Shown in pieces: positions 20,636 to 30,721 of a stretch of DNA of 64,000 nucleotides; position 1 is the stretch's first letter; every line of letters starts with the position of its first letter. Source of the stretch: Gammaproteobacteria bacterium (GTDB lineage Bacteria > Pseudomonadota > Gammaproteobacteria > JAJDYQ01). Both the position numbers and the translations under genes were made by a program. A model generated the notes under the pieces. The model did no database searches and was not told the DNA's origin. It saw only the letters and a program-made list of their open reading frames with translations. The stretch spans positions 1,707,638 to 1,771,637 of the forward strand of contig OY759969.1 of the NCBI GenBank assembly GCA_963662865.1, in the 5' to 3' direction.

Positions 20636-20675
20636 CTCACGCCCCTAAATTCAGGTTACTGCAGGTGAAGTATTA

Positions 20676-20891
20676 ATGCCAACTGTAAAAATCAAGGAGA
20701 ACGAACCTTTTGACATCGCAATGCGTCGTTTCAAGCGTTTCTGTGAAAAAGCCGGTATTCTGGCCGAAGTTCGCCGCCGCGAATACTACGAAAAGCCAAC
20801 CCAGGTTCGCAAACGCAAGAAGGCTGCTGCTGTAAAGCGTTATGCAAAGAAGATCTGGCGTGAGCGTATGGCCCGCCGCCGCCTGTACTAG
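20676..20891 (+). CDS. rpsU: 30S ribosomal protein S21
   Basis: [21 protein letters not shown]...[16 protein letters not shown], 71 aa. Unmistakable S21. Confidence 0.95.
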   Translation: MPTVKIKENEPFDIAMRRFKRFCEKAGILAEVRRREYYEKPTQVRKRKKAAAVKRYAKKIWRERMARRRLY

Positions 20892-21092
20892 CCAGACATT
20901 ATTTCCATCCCGGCGTTAAATATTTCTCCAGTTTGCAGTTTCTATGATGGCCGGTTCTCGTCTGGCTTCAATCGTGACCCGGCCCTGGGCTGACGTCTGT
21001 TGCCGGCACCGGGCGGGCTAAGTCCTGCGGTCTCCTTGTGATGTTATCATCGGCATCTGCACTCTGTTTCCCTTTAATTTACAAAGTAATTT

Positions 21093-22316
21093 ATGGTATC
21101 CCCAATCAATAATCAGGTCCTGGCGGCGGATAAGTACGCAATTAGCGGAATTGAAATAGGCGTTGCTGACACCGGTGTTCATTATAGTAACCGGAATGAT
21201 TTCGTTATCTTCTCGCTGACCGAGAATACCGCGACTGCCGCGACGTTTACCCGCAATCTGTTTGCGGCGGCGCCGGTTGTTGTTGCCGGAAAACATCTTC
21301 AGGCAACGTCACCCGCATACCTGATTATAAATGCCGGTAACGCAAACGCCGGTACGGGCAGGCGGGGACTGGAGGACGCACTCCATAGCTGCCGCTATCT
21401 GGCCGAGCTTCGACACATGTCGGCTGAATCGGTATTGCCATTCTCTACCGGTGTCATTGGCGAATACCTGCCAATGGATAAAGTCAGGATGGGAATTGAC
21501 AAGGCGCTGCAAAACCTGACTTGTGAAAACTGGCAGGCCGCCGCGCAGGCAATTATGACCACCGATACGGTCCCAAAGATCGTCGTGGAAAATTTTTCCA
21601 TTAACGGACTGGCCTGCAGAATTACCGGGATCAGCAAAGGCGCCGGCATGATTCATCCAAATATGGCAACCATGCTGGCGTTTATGGCCACCGATGCAGC
21701 CATCCCCCGGGCACTGTTGCAGCAGGCGCTACAGGCCGCTGTTGATGACAGTTTTAACTGTATTACGATTGACGGTGATACATCGACCAATGATGCCTGT
21801 GTCGTCTGTGCAACGGGGGAAGGCAGATTGTCGGTGGCTGAGAATGACTCGATTTATGACGCTTTTACGGCCAAACTTACATCGGTATGCCGGCGGCTTG
21901 CCGAGCTCATTGTACGTGACGGCGAAGGCGCGTCCAAACTGGCCCGCATCAGGGTAACCGGCGGTCGTAGTCGTAACGAGTGTAAGGCCATAGGCTATGC
22001 GGTCGCGCTTTCACCATTGGTAAAAACGGCGCTATTCGGCCAGGACCCAAACTGGGGTCGTATTCTGGCCGCTGTGGGACGTGCCCCGATTGATCCGTTT
22101 GATTTAACAAAAGTTGATATTTTTCTTGATGATGTCTGTGTTATCCATGAGGGGGAGAAGGATAGGTGGTACACAGAGGAAGATGGCGCCCAGGTTATGC
22201 AGCGCGACGAAATAACCATCACAATTGATATGCATCAGGGAAATAGTGAGGTCGAGATACTGACAAGCGATCTTTCGCCGGGTTACATCAGTATCAACGC
22301 CGACTACCGCTCTTGA
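21093..22316 (+). CDS. argJ: bifunctional ornithine acetyltransferase / N-acetylglutamate synthase
   Basis: 407 aa with the self-cleavage region ATMLAFMATDA, KGAGMIHPNM and ITIDGDTSTND blocks. Confidence 0.9.
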   Translation: MVSPINNQVLAADKYAISGIEIGVADTGVHYSNRNDFVIFSLTENTATAATFTRNLFAAAPVVVAGKHLQATSPAYLIINAGNANAGTGRRGLEDALHSCRYLAELRHMSAESVLPFSTGVIGEYLPMDKVRMGIDKALQNLTCENWQAAAQAIMTTDTVPKIVVENFSINGLACRITGISKGAGMIHPNMATMLAFMATDAAIPRALLQQALQAAVDDSFNCITIDGDTSTNDACVVCATGEGRLSVAENDSIYDAFTAKLTSVCRRLAELIVRDGEGASKLARIRVTGGRSRNECKAIGYAVALSPLVKTALFGQDPNWGRILAAVGRAPIDPFDLTKVDIFLDDVCVIHEGEKDRWYTEEDGAQVMQRDEITITIDMHQGNSEVEILTSDLSPGYISINADYRS

Positions 22317-22413
22317 GCGGAATCGGCAATGACGGCTTTAAGGAATCATCCGCCATGTCTCCCGGAGACGGATTCCTTGATAGGGCTTGCCTGTGGCAAT
22401 ACAAGACGGAAAT

Positions 22414-23526
22414 ATGAGTAACAAAACCGCATTATTATATGATCAGTGCCAGCAGTATTTTTATATGCATGGCAGAATCAACATTCCCGTACTGTACCGG
22501 GATATGGCGGAGTATGCTCAACATTTCAGCGTCGATATCGACCGGTACGGCGAAGGCGAGTTCCTGAATGGCTTCGAGGGCGAAATAGCTCGGCTACTGG
22601 GGAAAGAGGCAGCAGTGTTTATGCCCAGCGGCGTGATGGCTCAGCAGATTGCTCTACGCATACGGGCCGACCAGACTGGTCTGACCCGGATAGCCTATCA
22701 CCCAACCAGCCACCTTGAGATCAATGAATATCAAGGGTATCGTTTTTTACATGGCTTGCAGGCCAGTCTCCTGGGTGAGCGTCGGCGCTTGGTAGAACCT
22801 GATGACTTTTCCGCTCTTGACGGACCCGCTTCATCATTATTGCTGGAACTGCCTCAACGCTGGGCCGGCGGACTTCTGCCGGAGTGGCGACAACTCGGTG
22901 ACGTCATTGAGACCGCCCGTCAATACATGACTTATATCCATCTGGACGGCGCACGGTTATGGGAATGCTTGGATTATTACAGCCGGGAAAATGACTTCCA
23001 GCTATCTCATATTACCCAACCTTTCGATTCAGCTTATGTGTCTTTTTACAAGACTTTAGGCGGTATCGGTGGCGCAATGCTTGTAGGTGACCGGACATTT
23101 ATCAATGATGCTCGAATATGGCTCCGGCGCCAGGGAGGAAATTTATATCAACTACACCCCATGGTGATCGCCGCACACATGGGCATGGATCGGCATCTGC
23201 CTCATATTCCAGCTTACGTTAAGCGTGCGCAAATGATCGCCGAACTTATTAAAGACATACCCAAACTAATCTGTTATCCCGAACAACCCAGAGTCAATAT
23301 GTTGCATATTCACTTTGCGCAGGAGGCGTCAATACTCGAGAAAGTCAGAGACAATATTGCTAAAGAGTCCGGTATATGGGTGGCAGGAAAGTTCCATCCC
23401 TCCTACCTGGGCAGAACTGATGACCTTAACAGCTTTATGGAAATACATGTCGGCGAAAGCCTGTTGAATACTGATGATCAGACAATCTATCACTGCCTTC
23501 AACGGCTGGCGTCATCCGATAAATGA
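22414..23526 (+). CDS. PLP-dependent threonine aldolase-like enzyme (beta-eliminating lyase family)
   Basis: Colinear with LtaE-type blocks: YGEGEFLNGFEGEIARLLGKEAAVFMPSGVMAQQIAL, IHLDGARLWE, and SFYKTLGG (putative PLP lysine) ...MLVGDRTFINDARIWLRRQGG. Start ATG 22414; the ORF track offers TTG 22387. Confidence 0.65.
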   Translation: MSNKTALLYDQCQQYFYMHGRINIPVLYRDMAEYAQHFSVDIDRYGEGEFLNGFEGEIARLLGKEAAVFMPSGVMAQQIALRIRADQTGLTRIAYHPTSHLEINEYQGYRFLHGLQASLLGERRRLVEPDDFSALDGPASSLLLELPQRWAGGLLPEWRQLGDVIETARQYMTYIHLDGARLWECLDYYSRENDFQLSHITQPFDSAYVSFYKTLGGIGGAMLVGDRTFINDARIWLRRQGGNLYQLHPMVIAAHMGMDRHLPHIPAYVKRAQMIAELIKDIPKLICYPEQPRVNMLHIHFAQEASILEKVRDNIAKESGIWVAGKFHPSYLGRTDDLNSFMEIHVGESLLNTDDQTIYHCLQRLASSDK

Positions 23527-24293
23527 AGGGCCATTATCTGGAAAACCTGAGTTGGCAGGAAGCCGAATCTCTCATAAAACAGAATCGTGTCCTTGTCCTG
23601 CCACTTGGTGCCGCCAGTAAACAACACGGGCCCCATCTGCCCCTCAATACGGATGCTTTAACGGCGGAATATCTGGCAAGCAGGATCGCCGAACGGCATG
23701 ATGTTACTATCCTGCCATTACTCGCCTATGGCTATTACCCCGCGTTTACCGAATATCCCGGTTCAGTCTCGCTGTGCAAAAAGACCTTTGAGGAAACCGT
23801 AATACAGATTTTTCGATCCCTGCACTCACATGGCGCAAAGAAGTTCTATGTTCTGAATACCGGCATCAGCACCAACTGGTGCCTGGAACCGGTGAGACAA
23901 TACCTTCTCACTGAGAATGTGGTCATGGACTATAGCGACTTCACATCCATGCTCAAAGATCTGGAACAAAGTATCTCTGAGCAACCTTTTGGCAGTCATG
24001 CAGATGAAATCGAAACCAGCAAGATGCTGTTGATGCACCCGGACAAGGTGCAGCAGGATAAGGCTGTCCCGGAACTGAAACCCAGGCTCGGTCCTGGGCC
24101 TTTTACCCGCGACTCCCGGGCAAGCCGGGGGATAATCAGTTCGAGCGGCAGTTGGGGTGATCCGACCCTCGCCACTCGGGCAAAAGGTGAAATAATCGTC
24201 ACTGCGCTGATTGAGCGTATCGGTCATGCCATTGAGGCGCTGGCCGATGATGACTATGACCCACCCCCACCGCGGACAAAATATCTGGACTGA
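23523..24293 (+). CDS. creatininase-family amidohydrolase
   Basis: LPLGAASKQHGPHLPLNTD and HADEIETS metal-binding blocks typical of the creatininase fold. ATGA overlap with the upstream aldolase-like gene. Confidence 0.7.
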   Translation: MKGHYLENLSWQEAESLIKQNRVLVLPLGAASKQHGPHLPLNTDALTAEYLASRIAERHDVTILPLLAYGYYPAFTEYPGSVSLCKKTFEETVIQIFRSLHSHGAKKFYVLNTGISTNWCLEPVRQYLLTENVVMDYSDFTSMLKDLEQSISEQPFGSHADEIETSKMLLMHPDKVQQDKAVPELKPRLGPGPFTRDSRASRGIISSSGSWGDPTLATRAKGEIIVTALIERIGHAIEALADDDYDPPPPRTKYLD

Positions 24294-24492
24294 AAAAAGA
24301 TATGACGCAGATTGAGATAGTTTTGGGGATTATCGGAGGATAAGCAATCGGATAGCCTGTGTATGTCATCAAGATACAGGAGACTGCCCGATGCAGATCA
24401 AGGGCCTGCGAGTCAAATCATATAGTTGGAGCTGGCAACAACTCATGCAGGCCGCTTGAGCTTATCTCATAGAGACTAAACCTGGACATACA

Positions 24493-26385
24493 TTACACTA
24501 ACAGAGCCAACTGCAAAAAATTATCGTCACTTCTCATAATCTCTTCATGATTTTCATGCAGGTAACTAACTGATTTAAGGAAATTACGTGGCTCTCCTTT
24601 GAACAGTATCTCATCCGGGTCCTGCTTCTTCAGTTGTTCGCTGAGTTGAACCCTCAATCCGTGATCTTCCACGAGCCTCACGCTTGCCTCAATATACTCC
24701 TCTACCGTGTGTGTCACCAGCCAGTCAGGCAGACCCAGGCGCATAAACAACCCTTCGTCAATGTGTGACAACACTTCGGCACCGCTTAAGCAGATACCAG
24801 GCAATGCTTGACGCACGGTATCGACCAATCCATTTGTATTTCCAAATGGAAACGGGTTAATAAACATGTCGCACCGGTTCATGTTTTGCAGATAAACATC
24901 TCGGTTACTGTGCGGGTAAATGTATTGTCCCGGTAATATACCATTCACAAAATTTTCAATATAGACTTTACCCAAACCAATCGCATGCCCGGTCAGGAAA
25001 TGAAATTCTACCGGTTGTTTACTGCTTTCCTTTATGGCACGACAGGTTTTCAGAAAATCAGGATTCAGCTTCATCGCGGTAGCGGCAACGGCTATTTTTA
25101 TAACATCCGGCTTGCTGCGAATCTCCGGTTCAATTTTTGTAAAGTCATCATGTGGTGGCACATATGGCAAGCTATCTTTGGGCAGAGCCGCGACTTTCTC
25201 ACTAAAACATTTCGGGTCTCCGACATAATCCTCTTCCACAAGAATATAGTCGATAAATTCCGAATGTGTCGTTGCCGGGTGTCCTAATGCCGCCATCTGA
25301 ATGGGCGCCAGTCTGAAGTTAATCAGCACAACCGTCTGCAGAAACATCCCCACGCTCGGATAATAAATAATTTCCGGATTAAATCGAGCCACAAGTTCCA
25401 TAACCCGCTGCACATTTTTATACAGTCCCTGTTCATGCGGTATATCGTAAACTTCATCAAATACTTTTTTAGAGTTTTCATCCGACATTCCACTTAAAGA
25501 AACACCAATCAGATGGTATTTTTCCCGCAAGGCCCTGGCAGCGGTTGAGTGAGTCCGGTAAATGGAGTGTCCCGAGAGAAACCACTCCAGTATCACCATA
25601 ACAACCGGCTTCCCTTTAATCATATTTTTTTCTGTTCCGAATTCCCTGTCGGTCATTCCTTTGTTCATCATTTCCCTGCGAATCAGGCGATTGATACTTC
25701 GCTTGATGTCATGTTTGTTGGCAAGCATGGCGTAACTACAGTGCATCCAGACGTCATGAATATACCCCAAAGGAATATCAGACAGATCATCCAGTTCTCC
25801 CAGGCATTCAGGCAGCCAGTTCAGCAGCACTTCCTTTTTCTTGTGTGCCGCCTCGCTAATGACCGTGCGGGACGATAACAGACCAAGAAATAATGCTGCC
25901 GCAAGCTTTTTGTTAGCGTTCCATAGCATATCCGCCTGCATTGATATAAATGAATCACCGGAATACAGCATGGTGAATTTCAGCAGGTTCTTCTGGCTTA
26001 TCTCGAAATTACCCGGCTGATCAAAGCCATTTAAGTTTAATAGATGCAGAATATGGTCGGCATTAGTAAACGAACTTGCTCCGAACAGCATCGCTATCCA
26101 GCGATGCAGCAGTATGAACTGATGAAATCCGGGCACACTGACGTGAAAATCAGGATCAGAAAACAGCGCGGACATTGCAGAGGTCAATCGCGTAATGATA
26201 TGGCTATCTCGCTGCTCCTCCTGCCAGGAAGTACCTGATCGGCTGGTTCCAACCAGACCAAGCTGGCCGTAGCTTTTGTCGAGAATTCTCAGTAGTTTTA
26301 TCAGCTCTCGCGCTGCTTCTTCATGCTGGCGCTGATAACAAAGCTGCTCGAAGCGTTCCAGTGCAAATTGTTGTTCTTCCGCCAC
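24493..26385 (-). CDS. HMW1C-like cytoplasmic N-glycosyltransferase (NGT, GT41 family)
   Basis: About 630 aa with no TPRs. From my memory of Actinobacillus pleuropneumoniae NGT and Haemophilus HMW1C, long colinear blocks match: FTNADHIL, HDVWMHCSY..NKHDIKR, KPVVMVILEWF..HSIYRTHS, RLAPIQMAALGHPATTHSEFIDYILVEEDYVG, LPKDSLPYVPP, MKLNPDFL, NPFPFGNTNGLVD, HIDEGLFMRLGLPDWLV. The likely start is GTG 26385 (GGTGGA-N6). The ORF track start TTG 26421 would overlap the leuS stop. GC is visibly lower than in neighbouring genes. Confidence 0.8.
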   Translation of the reverse strand: MAEEQQFALERFEQLCYQRQHEEAARELIKLLRILDKSYGQLGLVGTSRSGTSWQEEQRDSHIITRLTSAMSALFSDPDFHVSVPGFHQFILLHRWIAMLFGASSFTNADHILHLLNLNGFDQPGNFEISQKNLLKFTMLYSGDSFISMQADMLWNANKKLAAALFLGLLSSRTVISEAAHKKKEVLLNWLPECLGELDDLSDIPLGYIHDVWMHCSYAMLANKHDIKRSINRLIRREMMNKGMTDREFGTEKNMIKGKPVVMVILEWFLSGHSIYRTHSTAARALREKYHLIGVSLSGMSDENSKKVFDEVYDIPHEQGLYKNVQRVMELVARFNPEIIYYPSVGMFLQTVVLINFRLAPIQMAALGHPATTHSEFIDYILVEEDYVGDPKCFSEKVAALPKDSLPYVPPHDDFTKIEPEIRSKPDVIKIAVAATAMKLNPDFLKTCRAIKESSKQPVEFHFLTGHAIGLGKVYIENFVNGILPGQYIYPHSNRDVYLQNMNRCDMFINPFPFGNTNGLVDTVRQALPGICLSGAEVLSHIDEGLFMRLGLPDWLVTHTVEEYIEASVRLVEDHGLRVQLSEQLKKQDPDEILFKGEPRNFLKSVSYLHENHEEIMRSDDNFLQLALLV

Positions 26386-26410
26386 TTTATATCCACCTGC
26401 CTTTTTATTG

Positions 26411-29065
26411 TTAAACCACAACGTTAACCAGCTTACCGGGCACCACTATTATTTTTCGTATCTCTACATCGTCAATAAATCGCTGTACATTTTTATTGGC
26501 CAGTGTGGCCGCCTCGATAGCTGCATTATCCGCATCGACGGCTACCGTTATCCTACCGCGAACCCGGCCCCCGACCTGCACTACCATTTCAATCGAATCT
26601 CTCACCAGCGCCGATTCATCAACTTCAGGCCATGGCGCATTCAAAATATCATCACCATAGTCCAGCTCGCGCCATAAGGTATGGGTGATGTGCGGCGCAA
26701 TCGGTCCTAATAATCTGAGAACAATACCCAGGCCCTCAGCCAGCAGCCGTTTTCCATCATCAGAACCACCGAACCGGTATAATACGTTCACGATTGACAT
26801 GCAGGCGGAGACAACCGTGTTGAACTGCTGACGTTCATAATCGAACAAAGCCTTCTTCAGATGCTCATGCACTTCCCTTCTGGCATTTTTTTGATTGTCC
26901 ACTATCCCGTTACTCACGACCAATCCTCCGATTCCAGGGTGAGCACTGGCCAGATTCCACAGGCGCTTCATAAAACGCGAAGCACCTTCCACTCCCTCAT
27001 CCGACCATTCCAGTAATTGCTCCGGTGGCGAGGTAAACATGATATAAAGGCGCACGGTATCAGCGCCATAACGATCTATCAACGTTTGAGGATTGACCCC
27101 GTTGTTCTTCGATTTGGACATTTTCTCAATGCCACCGGGGAAAACCGGCCGCCCATCAGACTTCAGCCTTGCGCTGATAACCTTTCCTTTGTTATCTCTC
27201 TCGGTTTCAATGTCAGCCGGATTAAACCACTCTTTGGAGCCATCTTCGTTTTGCCGATACCAGGTCTCGGCGACCACCATGCCCTGGGTGAGCAACCGCG
27301 TAAACGGTTCATCATTATCCACCAAACCCTCGTCTCGCATAAGCCTGTTAAAGAAGCGCGCATATAGCAGATGCAAAATGGCGTGTTCGATACCGCCTAC
27401 GTACTGGTCAACCGGCAACCAGTATTTGGCACGCTCGTCCAGCATTGACTGGTCGGCATCCGGACAGCAATAACGTGCGTAATACCAACTGGACTCAAAA
27501 AAGGTGTCAAACGTATCGGTCTCACGTTCGCGGCCATCACCAAGATCATAAAACTCTGGCATACGTTTTAATGGTGAACCGGTTCCATCGACAATAATAT
27601 CCTGCGGCAGCTTTACCGGGAGCCCGGTTGCAGGCTCAATACCTTCCGGGGTTTTAACTATCGGGATCGGACAGCCCCAGTAACGCTGACGGGAAACGCT
27701 CCAGTCGCGCAGGCGGAAGTTAATCTGCCTGCCGCCTTTGCCTCCGGCATTCAAGTGTTCGGCTACGGCGTCAAAGGCTTGGTCCGAAGTCAGCCCGCTA
27801 AACCGGGCAGATCGTCTCAAAATACCTTTTTCACTGAATCTCGTATCCCATTCGTCCCATATTAACGGGAGATCATCTTTAATTGATAATGCAGGAACCC
27901 GGCGATCTTCACTCAATTCTGCCTCTCCCGCCGCTGAGTTTATTTCTGATTCACTAATGTCTTTGCCTTCCCAGTGTGAGGGGACTATCACCGGTTTAAT
28001 AGAGAGGTTGTATTTTCTTGCAAAGTAAAAATCCCTTTCATCGTGCGCGGGAACGGCCATCACCGCACCGGTACCATAGCCCATCAGGACAAAGTTGGCG
28101 GCATAAATCGGTACAATGCCGCCCGTAATCGGATGCACGGCGTTAATATCCAGGGCGATACCCGCCTTCTCCACGGTTTCAATCTCGGCTTCCGAAACAC
28201 CGCCCTGCCGGCACCTCTCAATAAAGGCGGCAATATCCGCATTGCCTTCACCCGCCCGCAGCGCCAGAGGGTGCTCTGCGGCGACGGCCATGTAGGTCAC
28301 ACCCATCAGAGTGTCCGGACGTGTGGTAAAAACGGTAAGCTTTTCGTCAGTCTCTTCGATATTGAAATCAACCGTTACGCCTTCCGAGCGACCGATCCAG
28401 TTGCGTTGCATGGCAACAACCTGCTCCGGCCAGCCCGGTAATTTATCCAGACCATCCAGCAGCTCCTGTGCGTAATCCGTGATCTTCAAAAACCATTGCT
28501 CAATTTCACGTTTCTCAACTACCGCACCGGAACGCCAGCCACGACCGTCAATCACTTGCTCGTTCGCCAGCACCGTCCGGTCAACCGGGTCCCAGTTCAC
28601 CGCCGCCTTCTTGCGATAGGCCAGATCTTTTTTCACCAGATGGGTAAACAACCACTGCTCCCAGCGATAATAATCGGCATCACAGGTCGCCAGCTCCCTA
28701 TCCCAATCATAACTAAATCCCAGCAATTTGAGTTGGCCTTTCATGTATTCGATATTGGCGTAAGTCCACTCGGCAGGTGGTCTGGCATTTTTAAGAGCGG
28801 CATTTTCAGCCGGCAGACCAAAGGCATCCCAGCCCATGGGCTGCAGGACGTTTTTCCCCAGCATCCGCTGGTAACGGGAGATTACATCGCCGATCGTGTA
28901 GTTACGCACGTGTCCCATGTGTAACTCACCGCTGGGGTAGGGGAACATGGACAGGCAATAAAATTTTTCCTTATCCGGTTCTTCAATGACCTTGAATGAC
29001 CGATTTTTCTCCCAGTACTGCCGGGCTGCCGCCTCCAATTGCTGTGGATTGTATTTTTCTTCCAT
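26411..29065 (-). CDS. leuS: leucine--tRNA ligase
   Basis: Class I HIGH ([11 protein letters not shown]) and KMSKS motifs, about 884 aa. Start set to the ATG at 29065 ([11 protein letters not shown]). Confidence 0.95.
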   Translation of the reverse strand: MEEKYNPQQLEAAARQYWEKNRSFKVIEEPDKEKFYCLSMFPYPSGELHMGHVRNYTIGDVISRYQRMLGKNVLQPMGWDAFGLPAENAALKNARPPAEWTYANIEYMKGQLKLLGFSYDWDRELATCDADYYRWEQWLFTHLVKKDLAYRKKAAVNWDPVDRTVLANEQVIDGRGWRSGAVVEKREIEQWFLKITDYAQELLDGLDKLPGWPEQVVAMQRNWIGRSEGVTVDFNIEETDEKLTVFTTRPDTLMGVTYMAVAAEHPLALRAGEGNADIAAFIERCRQGGVSEAEIETVEKAGIALDINAVHPITGGIVPIYAANFVLMGYGTGAVMAVPAHDERDFYFARKYNLSIKPVIVPSHWEGKDISESEINSAAGEAELSEDRRVPALSIKDDLPLIWDEWDTRFSEKGILRRSARFSGLTSDQAFDAVAEHLNAGGKGGRQINFRLRDWSVSRQRYWGCPIPIVKTPEGIEPATGLPVKLPQDIIVDGTGSPLKRMPEFYDLGDGRERETDTFDTFFESSWYYARYCCPDADQSMLDERAKYWLPVDQYVGGIEHAILHLLYARFFNRLMRDEGLVDNDEPFTRLLTQGMVVAETWYRQNEDGSKEWFNPADIETERDNKGKVISARLKSDGRPVFPGGIEKMSKSKNNGVNPQTLIDRYGADTVRLYIMFTSPPEQLLEWSDEGVEGASRFMKRLWNLASAHPGIGGLVVSNGIVDNQKNARREVHEHLKKALFDYERQQFNTVVSACMSIVNVLYRFGGSDDGKRLLAEGLGIVLRLLGPIAPHITHTLWRELDYGDDILNAPWPEVDESALVRDSIEMVVQVGGRVRGRITVAVDADNAAIEAATLANKNVQRFIDDVEIRKIIVVPGKLVNVVV

Positions 29066-29647
29066 GAAAGGGTTTGATCTGATCAAATAAGCCGCAAGAA
29101 TACAGCAGTCAGACGATTATTCGTAGCGCCGCCAGAATAAAATGCAGCCTGCATGCAGAGAATATTCAGATGTCTGTGTCAGGCAGATTTACAAAGCAAT
29201 GTAATCATCCGGGCGCCTCTCAAAGTAAATGGCTAATTGGGATAGCGTGAGATTACCTTTATATCAGGTGCAGCCAGTGCACAGATACCTTGGTTATGCC
29301 GATATAGAACAACCTGAGCAAGGCTGTCTCCATCAATCGAACCCGCTTTTGATCCTGGCCAACTTGCAGAATCAATTGCATTATTATTCAAAATAAGCTT
29401 ATGGAAATTCTGATTAAATCAGAGTTTCCTGCGCCACAAACGATGTATCGCCAAAATCAATCACGATCAGTTATTGATTTTGAAAGGAAAGCAAAAATCA
29501 CATTCTTGTTTGTCGCGCTCTGACAAGTTCAGGATAGAATTGTTCAGAGCTTCTGTATAATTGTTGTTTAGATTGATAGCTCGAAAAAGTTATATATTAT
29601 AATTATGGTAAAGATTAATTATTATCTGCAATCAAAAGGAGAGTAAG

Positions 29648-29962
29648 ATGTCAGGAAGTTATCCAGACAAAATAAAAGAACTGCCACTATATGATGGGCG
29701 CTTTGATGCCTACAGATTAGAAGCAAAAGATAGTGATGTTCTTTTTGCTTCATATCCGGCTGGAACCTCAATTCCATCACATGTTCATGATACTGATAAT
29801 CACGGCGTCATCACCAAAGGCGAGCTGATTCTCACCATGAATGGCAACACTCAAAGGATTGGTATCGGTCAGTGGTATCATGTTCCTGCGAATGTTGAGC
29901 ATTCTGCATTATTTGAAATTGAAACGGATGAAATTGAATTCTGGTTCAGAAAAAACACATAA
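29648..29962 (+). CDS. small cupin-domain protein
   Basis: 104 aa with a strong SD (AAAGGAGAG-N5-ATG) and cupin His/Glu motifs (SHVHDTDNHGVITKGEL, YHVPANVEHSA). AT-rich gene in an AT-rich islet. Confidence 0.6.
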   Translation: MSGSYPDKIKELPLYDGRFDAYRLEAKDSDVLFASYPAGTSIPSHVHDTDNHGVITKGELILTMNGNTQRIGIGQWYHVPANVEHSALFEIETDEIEFWFRKNT

Positions 29963-30043
29963 ACAAGCCAGGCAAGCAGGTGGCGTTCCGCCGCCGCTGA
30001 GTTCAAGCGTTAGCTTTCACAAAAAATAGTTAGTTTGTGGAGA

Positions 30044-30434
30044 ATGAAGAAGTTAATTTTAATCTGCTTGATCGGCTTTGGAATTTATGGACATTTCCAG
30101 AAGAATCCGAAAACAACCCAGATTGCCCAGTCAACGTTCAGTATCGAATATTCAGCCAGTGACGAAACACTTGAGCGAGCGTATCAAAACAGACAGAGTA
30201 ATCTGCAAATTGGCGATTCAGGTAAGATTATAAAAATTCCACCTGATGACTTAAAAGGTAGTCGCCTTAAGCATCGAAGATCAGGTACAGTTCTATGGCG
30301 AGTACAAATGGAACCCAAAAGATGGGAGCATGCACTGGACACATCATGATCCAAAAGGTCGCCGCGAAGATGGTTGATTAGTTCATGATGGCAGTATCTA
30401 TAAATACCGGCGTGAACGGATAGAGCTTCCTTAA
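30044..30434 (+). pseudogene. decayed DUF3465-family gene (internal deletion/frameshift plus TGG->TGA)
   Basis: Frame 1 reads signal peptide ...AYQNRQSNLQIGDSGKIIKIPPDDLKGSR. A second frame from about 30291 reads FYGEYKWNPKDGSMHWTHHDPKGRREDG-TGA-LVHDGSIYKY. From memory, intact DUF3465 proteins read ...LLPDD.KGSRHQ.F...(about 35 aa)...EFYGEYEWN.KGG.IHWTHHDP.G...GWL.H.G. So the middle is missing, the frame changes, and the conserved W is a stop. Confidence 0.5.
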
Positions 30435-30682
30435 TAAGGCAACCGGGTATTCGGCTGAAACCAGCCAAGGTAATAGCCCGCCATCAGGAACAAAAAGAGG
30501 CTGACGGAAAGAACAACGCGCCAGGTAAGTGCCTTCACAAGACGATCCGAGCTATCATCGTCTTTTATCATGAAATACAAACCGGAACCCAGGACAACCA
30601 AGATAATGATGAGGACGGCGATGACAATGATCTTTCCCAAGTTTGCGGCCTTTTTTGCTGAATTACGGACTGGGCGATACAT
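30431..30682 (-). CDS. twin-transmembrane-helix small protein (DUF2909-like, cytochrome oxidase cluster associated)
   Basis: About 83 aa from ATG 30682 with two hydrophobic helices. This family commonly lies next to SURF1 in aa3 oxidase clusters. Confidence 0.5.
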   Translation of the reverse strand: MYRPVRNSAKKAANLGKIIVIAVLIIILVVLGSGLYFMIKDDDSSDRLVKALTWRVVLSVSLFLFLMAGYYLGWFQPNTRLPY

Positions 30683-30721
30683 TATACTACAGCCTTCCTG
30701 TCCGAGAGGCGATGTCACCTA

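Noticed and set aside
29220-29400. Start-less minus-strand reading frame of about 55 codons (…HKLILNNNAIDSASWPGSKAGSIDGDSLAQVVLYRHNQGICALAAPDIKVISRYPN) in the AT-rich spacer. It is a possible gene remnant.
   Set aside because: It has no ATG and no SD, and I recognise no family. It is too short to call, so I note it only as a possible relic supporting the islet interpretation.
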